The position numbers were made by a program, and so were the translations under genes. From positions 1-27,154 of the IMG/VR virus record IMGVR_UViG_3300012352_000657: a DNA stretch of 27,154 bases; one strand, 5' to 3'. Source of the stretch: a virus. Taxonomy: Duplodnaviria > Caudoviricetes. The stretch's first letter is position 1. The number at the start of each line of letters is the position of its first letter. Below, in pieces: positions 23,698 through 27,154 of the stretch. The notes beneath the pieces were generated by a model. That model saw only the letters and a list, made by a program, of their open reading frames with translations, searched no databases and was not told where the DNA came from.

Positions 23698-24747
23698 ATG
23701 GCATTCGTTTTTAAAGATGGCGCATCTTCAACATTAAGTATACCAGTTGATAGTAATAGCACTTCAACTCTTTTAAAATTAGAATCAGTTGCTTCATTTC
23801 CTCAAGGGATGATACCAGGCGTTGATTATAGTATTGCTACTATTTCTAATTCAGACAATACATTAAGAGAAGTTGTAAAAATAACATCAATCAATTATAG
23901 TACTAAAGGTTTATTTGTAGAAAGAGGGTATGATTCAACAATACCATTAAATTGGCCTGCAAATAGTAAAGTTGAAATTAGAGCTGGATCTACTTTATTA
24001 AAAGAACTAGGAATATCATACTCGCCAAAAGTATTGCTTAGTAAAAAAACATTTCCCACTTCAATTCCTTCTCCAAATTCATCTGCAGCAGTTATTCATT
24101 TACAAGACATTCCTACTATCGCTTCTACTATAAAAGTGTTTGATGGCGAATTTACGAAATTTCGAATAGAACTTCGTGGTTTATATGCGACTAGCAACAC
24201 TATACCAATAACGCTTAAACCAACTACTTTTCTTAGATCGCCAAAAGGACCGTTTTACACGGGTGGCCCAGTATTCTCCACCGGAGCCTATCCTAGAATT
24301 AATCCTATTACTGGCGCTGGTCAACCACCTCATATTTTTTATGAACCTTCTAACACAATTGGTACTACTAATATTGGTTTAGGAGAAATAAGATATCTTA
24401 ATGGTTCTACACAAGTCTACCAACAAATCAATCTTGCTTCAACTGGGCCATTAGTTATTCCAGCTTCAAACAATTTTAATATTTCCAATTATTCTGATAG
24501 CAATATTGACGTTAGTGTAGAAAAAGTATTTGTCGATAATCAAGGTGTTACAAATTTTAAAATGAACTTTGATATAGAAACTAATGGAACTCATAGTCAA
24601 TCTGGTACTGCGTATATGTATAAAGCAGTATGTGATTTGCGATTAAGCGTACAAACAGATGTAGATTGGATCGGTTTTTCTTTGATATCGCAATTCGCGT
24701 TTCAAGGCACTACATTTGCATCATCTTCGTTATACGGTATAAGATAA
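23698..24747 (+). CDS. Putative virion structural or tail-associated protein
   Basis: N-terminal EVVKIT...VERG..ST....W...SKVE domain typical of tail proteins. Follows the PAAR gene. Confidence 0.55.
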   Translation: MAFVFKDGASSTLSIPVDSNSTSTLLKLESVASFPQGMIPGVDYSIATISNSDNTLREVVKITSINYSTKGLFVERGYDSTIPLNWPANSKVEIRAGSTLLKELGISYSPKVLLSKKTFPTSIPSPNSSAAVIHLQDIPTIASTIKVFDGEFTKFRIELRGLYATSNTIPITLKPTTFLRSPKGPFYTGGPVFSTGAYPRINPITGAGQPPHIFYEPSNTIGTTNIGLGEIRYLNGSTQVYQQINLASTGPLVIPASNNFNISNYSDSNIDVSVEKVFVDNQGVTNFKMNFDIETNGTHSQSGTAYMYKAVCDLRLSVQTDVDWIGFSLISQFAFQGTTFASSSLYGIR

Positions 24748-24751
24748 TTAA

Positions 24752-24778
24752 AAAGGACTCTTAAGAGTCCTTTGTTTT
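24752..24778. terminator. Bidirectional terminator between convergent genes
   Basis: Perfect palindrome AAAGGACTCTTAAGAGTCCTTT flanked by A and T runs. Confidence 0.8.
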
Positions 24779-24998
24779 ACTTATTAGCTTCTGCTTTTTT
24801 CTTTACAGAGTCAGGAGCTTTTCTTACTTTCTCAGGTGGTTTAACAACCGCCTTTTTTTCTACGTCCGATTTTGGTGCTTCTTTACACTGAATCTTAGTA
24901 GCGTTCTTTTTATTAGAACAGTCAACACCTTTAGTAGGCGTAGAAGCGAAGGCAAGTGAAGATGCCAACATCATTGCAACAAATAAACTCTTTTTCAT
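24777..24998 (-). CDS. Small secreted Lys-rich protein
   Basis: Signal peptide MKKSLFVAMMLASSLAFA, two Cys. Confidence 0.7.
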   Translation of the reverse strand: MKKSLFVAMMLASSLAFASTPTKGVDCSNKKNATKIQCKEAPKSDVEKKAVVKPPEKVRKAPDSVKKKAEANK

Positions 24999-25009
24999 TT
25001 TTATTTCCC

Positions 25010-25642
25010 TTAAGCAGATAAAACGTGTACTGCATGATTGTAGTGATTAATACGATCAGCAAGACCAATAGTTCCACCATTGATACGCTTAGTCATACCT
25101 TCAAAATCACCAGCATCAGCAAATGTATTTAAATCATTTGAATACCAGAACCAGCAAGCGGAGTGTACTGCACCACGTGGAGTCTCGAGGTATTCTGCAG
25201 CTTGTTCAACACTAATCTCAGCAGATTGAGCAAATGATGTATAGTTACTACGGCCAGTTAATTGAATCAAACCACGACCACAGAATCTCCAACCATCACC
25301 AGTTTCAGGTGCACCATTACCCATACGATTTGCATAAACTAAATTAGCAATCTTTTCCGGTTGACGATGATACTCAGTTGCATCACGTCCAGCGCCAGCA
25401 AAATACTTTTTAAAGATGTTATTCAATCCATCTGATGAGTAGTTTAAGTTCTCTTTAAGAACTGCATAACCACCAGATTCATGAGCAGTTTGCGCTAAGA
25501 AAGCAGCAACTCTACCAACAGTAGTAATCTCGAATGGTGGCAATAATTCTACTAATTCGTTATACCACGTATCAACGCCATAAGCAGCGTTAGGTATAAT
25601 TTGTTGTAGTTTTTCTTTTGTAAAATCAAATTCAAATGACAT
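25010..25642 (-). CDS. Glycoside hydrolase family 19 endolysin
   Basis: FLAQTAHESGG, ENLNYS, YANRMGNG, GRGLIQLTG..NY, TKRINGG..GL.DR. Confidence 0.92.
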   Translation of the reverse strand: MSFEFDFTKEKLQQIIPNAAYGVDTWYNELVELLPPFEITTVGRVAAFLAQTAHESGGYAVLKENLNYSSDGLNNIFKKYFAGAGRDATEYHRQPEKIANLVYANRMGNGAPETGDGWRFCGRGLIQLTGRSNYTSFAQSAEISVEQAAEYLETPRGAVHSACWFWYSNDLNTFADAGDFEGMTKRINGGTIGLADRINHYNHAVHVLSA

Positions 25643-25652
25643 TTATTTTCCT

Positions 25653-27152
25653 TTATTTAGATGTTGCTCTATATGTACCATCCCAATTAGATGGCTTACC
25701 TTCAGATAATCTTTCTTTCATAGCATCATAGTAATCACTCATTTCAGGTGTAGCATTAATGCATAATGGAATAAGTGTTAACGCTTTCTTCCAATCACCT
25801 GCATAATATAACTCTAAGAAAGATCTATGCATTTCAGTTTCATGTGCTAAGGTGTAAATCTTAACACCTTCTTTTTTACCTTTAACTGCAATGCAATCTA
25901 ATTCAAATACATCGTATTCATCTTTAACTTGTTCGGCAGTTAGACTACCTAATACCATTTTAACTCCGTAGGGCTTGGACTGTCCTTCCAATCGACTAGC
26001 CAGATTGACCGAATCTCCGAGGCAAGTATAGTCAAAGCGTTGGTCTGAACCCATATTTCCAACAACAACGGTGCCTGTATTAATACCAAGGCCCATGCCA
26101 AATGGAGGAATACCTTCTTTAGTAATTTCATTATTAAATTCTTCTAAACTATTCATCATCTGCAATGCTGTGCGCACTGCCATCTTGGCATGTTGTGGTT
26201 CATCTAGTGGTGCATTCCAAAATGCCATTTGTGCATCACCAATATACTTATCTAGGGTACCATTATTTTCAATAATCTTTGCTGTCATCGCTGTCATATA
26301 GCGATTCATAATTTTAGTTAGGCCTTGTACGTCTTTGCCATAGTGCTCTGAAATTGTAGTAAATCCTCGAACATCTGTAAACATAATCGAGAGTTCTCTT
26401 GAATCACCACCGAGCTGTAACAACTCTGGATTTCGTTGAAGTTTTTCAACCAATGCTGGGCTGAGATATGTTCCAAATTGTTTTTTGATTTGGAGCTTTT
26501 GGCGCAGTTCAACAAGGAATTTGACAACGTATCCGTGGAAACTAACGAGCGTGAGGGTGAGTATAGGGAATACAGCATCAAGTAAATAGCTTGATCGAAC
26601 AAATAATTCAATACCGGCATAGTACGTAACTCCTGATAAAAGTAATGCAAATACATAACCATGCGTAAATCTCGTTAGAATTAAAGTGATAATACAAATT
26701 GCAATGATGTATAGTAACTCTGCACCTAACGCCCAATCAGGTCTTGATATATTCTTACCTTTAATTAACGTATCCAAGATTGCTGCTTGAAGATAATGCG
26801 GATACACTCCACCTGTTGCAGTAGCTACTGGATTGTTAAGTCCCTTTGCAGTAAGACCAACAATAACAATACCACCATTAAAATCTTTTGGTAACTTTGC
26901 AGCAGAGTGTTCAATTGGTTGACTTGACCAATCAATCCAAACTCTACCAACTTCATCTGTTTCAATCTTTCTAAACTTTGGAATGCGTACTGCTTCAATT
27001 AAACCTTCATTAACTTTTACTTGGAAACTTGGATCGCCACTTGCAACTCTTAATGTTTCAAGCGTGATAGAAGGATAGAGTTGTCCATTTGATTGTACAA
27101 CCATTGGTACTCGTCTGGTGACGCCATCGATTTCTGGCAATGTGTTAACAAC
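25653..27152 (-). CDS. Membrane-bound class III adenylate cyclase with CHASE2-type sensor domain (N-terminus outside window)
   Basis: DGVTRR.P sensor segment, 3 TM helices, FTDVRGFT, DKYIGDA, DYT.LGD.VNLASRLE. Frame stays open to the window edge. Confidence 0.92.
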   Translation of the reverse strand, partial: VVNTLPEIDGVTRRVPMVVQSNGQLYPSITLETLRVASGDPSFQVKVNEGLIEAVRIPKFRKIETDEVGRVWIDWSSQPIEHSAAKLPKDFNGGIVIVGLTAKGLNNPVATATGGVYPHYLQAAILDTLIKGKNISRPDWALGAELLYIIAICIITLILTRFTHGYVFALLLSGVTYYAGIELFVRSSYLLDAVFPILTLTLVSFHGYVVKFLVELRQKLQIKKQFGTYLSPALVEKLQRNPELLQLGGDSRELSIMFTDVRGFTTISEHYGKDVQGLTKIMNRYMTAMTAKIIENNGTLDKYIGDAQMAFWNAPLDEPQHAKMAVRTALQMMNSLEEFNNEITKEGIPPFGMGLGINTGTVVVGNMGSDQRFDYTCLGDSVNLASRLEGQSKPYGVKMVLGSLTAEQVKDEYDVFELDCIAVKGKKEGVKIYTLAHETEMHRSFLELYYAGDWKKALTLIPLCINATPEMSDYYDAMKERLSEGKPSNWDGTYRATSK

Positions 27153-27154
27153 GC

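Noticed and set aside
289-26662. Other short ORFs nested in or antisense to long genes (for example 289-507, 2036-2281, 17978-18337, 26318-26662)
   Set aside because: They fall within well-supported genes and have no recognisable motifs.
1-27154. Alternative genetic code
   Set aside because: Genes are full length under the standard code and no suppressor tRNA is seen.

Overview
AT-rich segment of a large T4-like (Tevenvirinae-related) lytic phage genome. The host is probably a Gram-negative proteobacterium, inferred from the AhpC/AhpD type, a lipoprotein, IHF-like sites and a GH19 endolysin. The left half carries nucleotide metabolism and DNA processing genes: nrdA, nrdB, glutaredoxin, DenA-like GIY-YIG nuclease, RNase H, HAD nucleotidase, DenV-like glycosylase, PhoH, a PD-(D/E)XK exonuclease, a ClpP-like protease and ahpC/ahpD. 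Ten copies of one early-type promoter are spread across the window. The middle holds six tRNA genes, preceded by what looks like a leader-peptide attenuator and interrupted by a ~180-nt structured non-tRNA element. A ~4.9-kb accessory operon follows (15.7-20.6 kb) behind a structured leader. It encodes paralogous Q/N-rich proteins with a shared C-terminal motif, a Gly/Tyr-rich peptide, a helical-bundle protein, a collagen-like fibre, a HiPIP-like protein and three copies of one small beta domain, and as a whole resembles a spore-coat/exosporium-like structural module. The right end encodes a metallophosphoesterase, a PAAR protein and a virion-like protein, and on the minus strand a GH19 endolysin and a truncated CHASE2-type adenylate cyclase. 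Family names come from motif recognition only; no searches were run.
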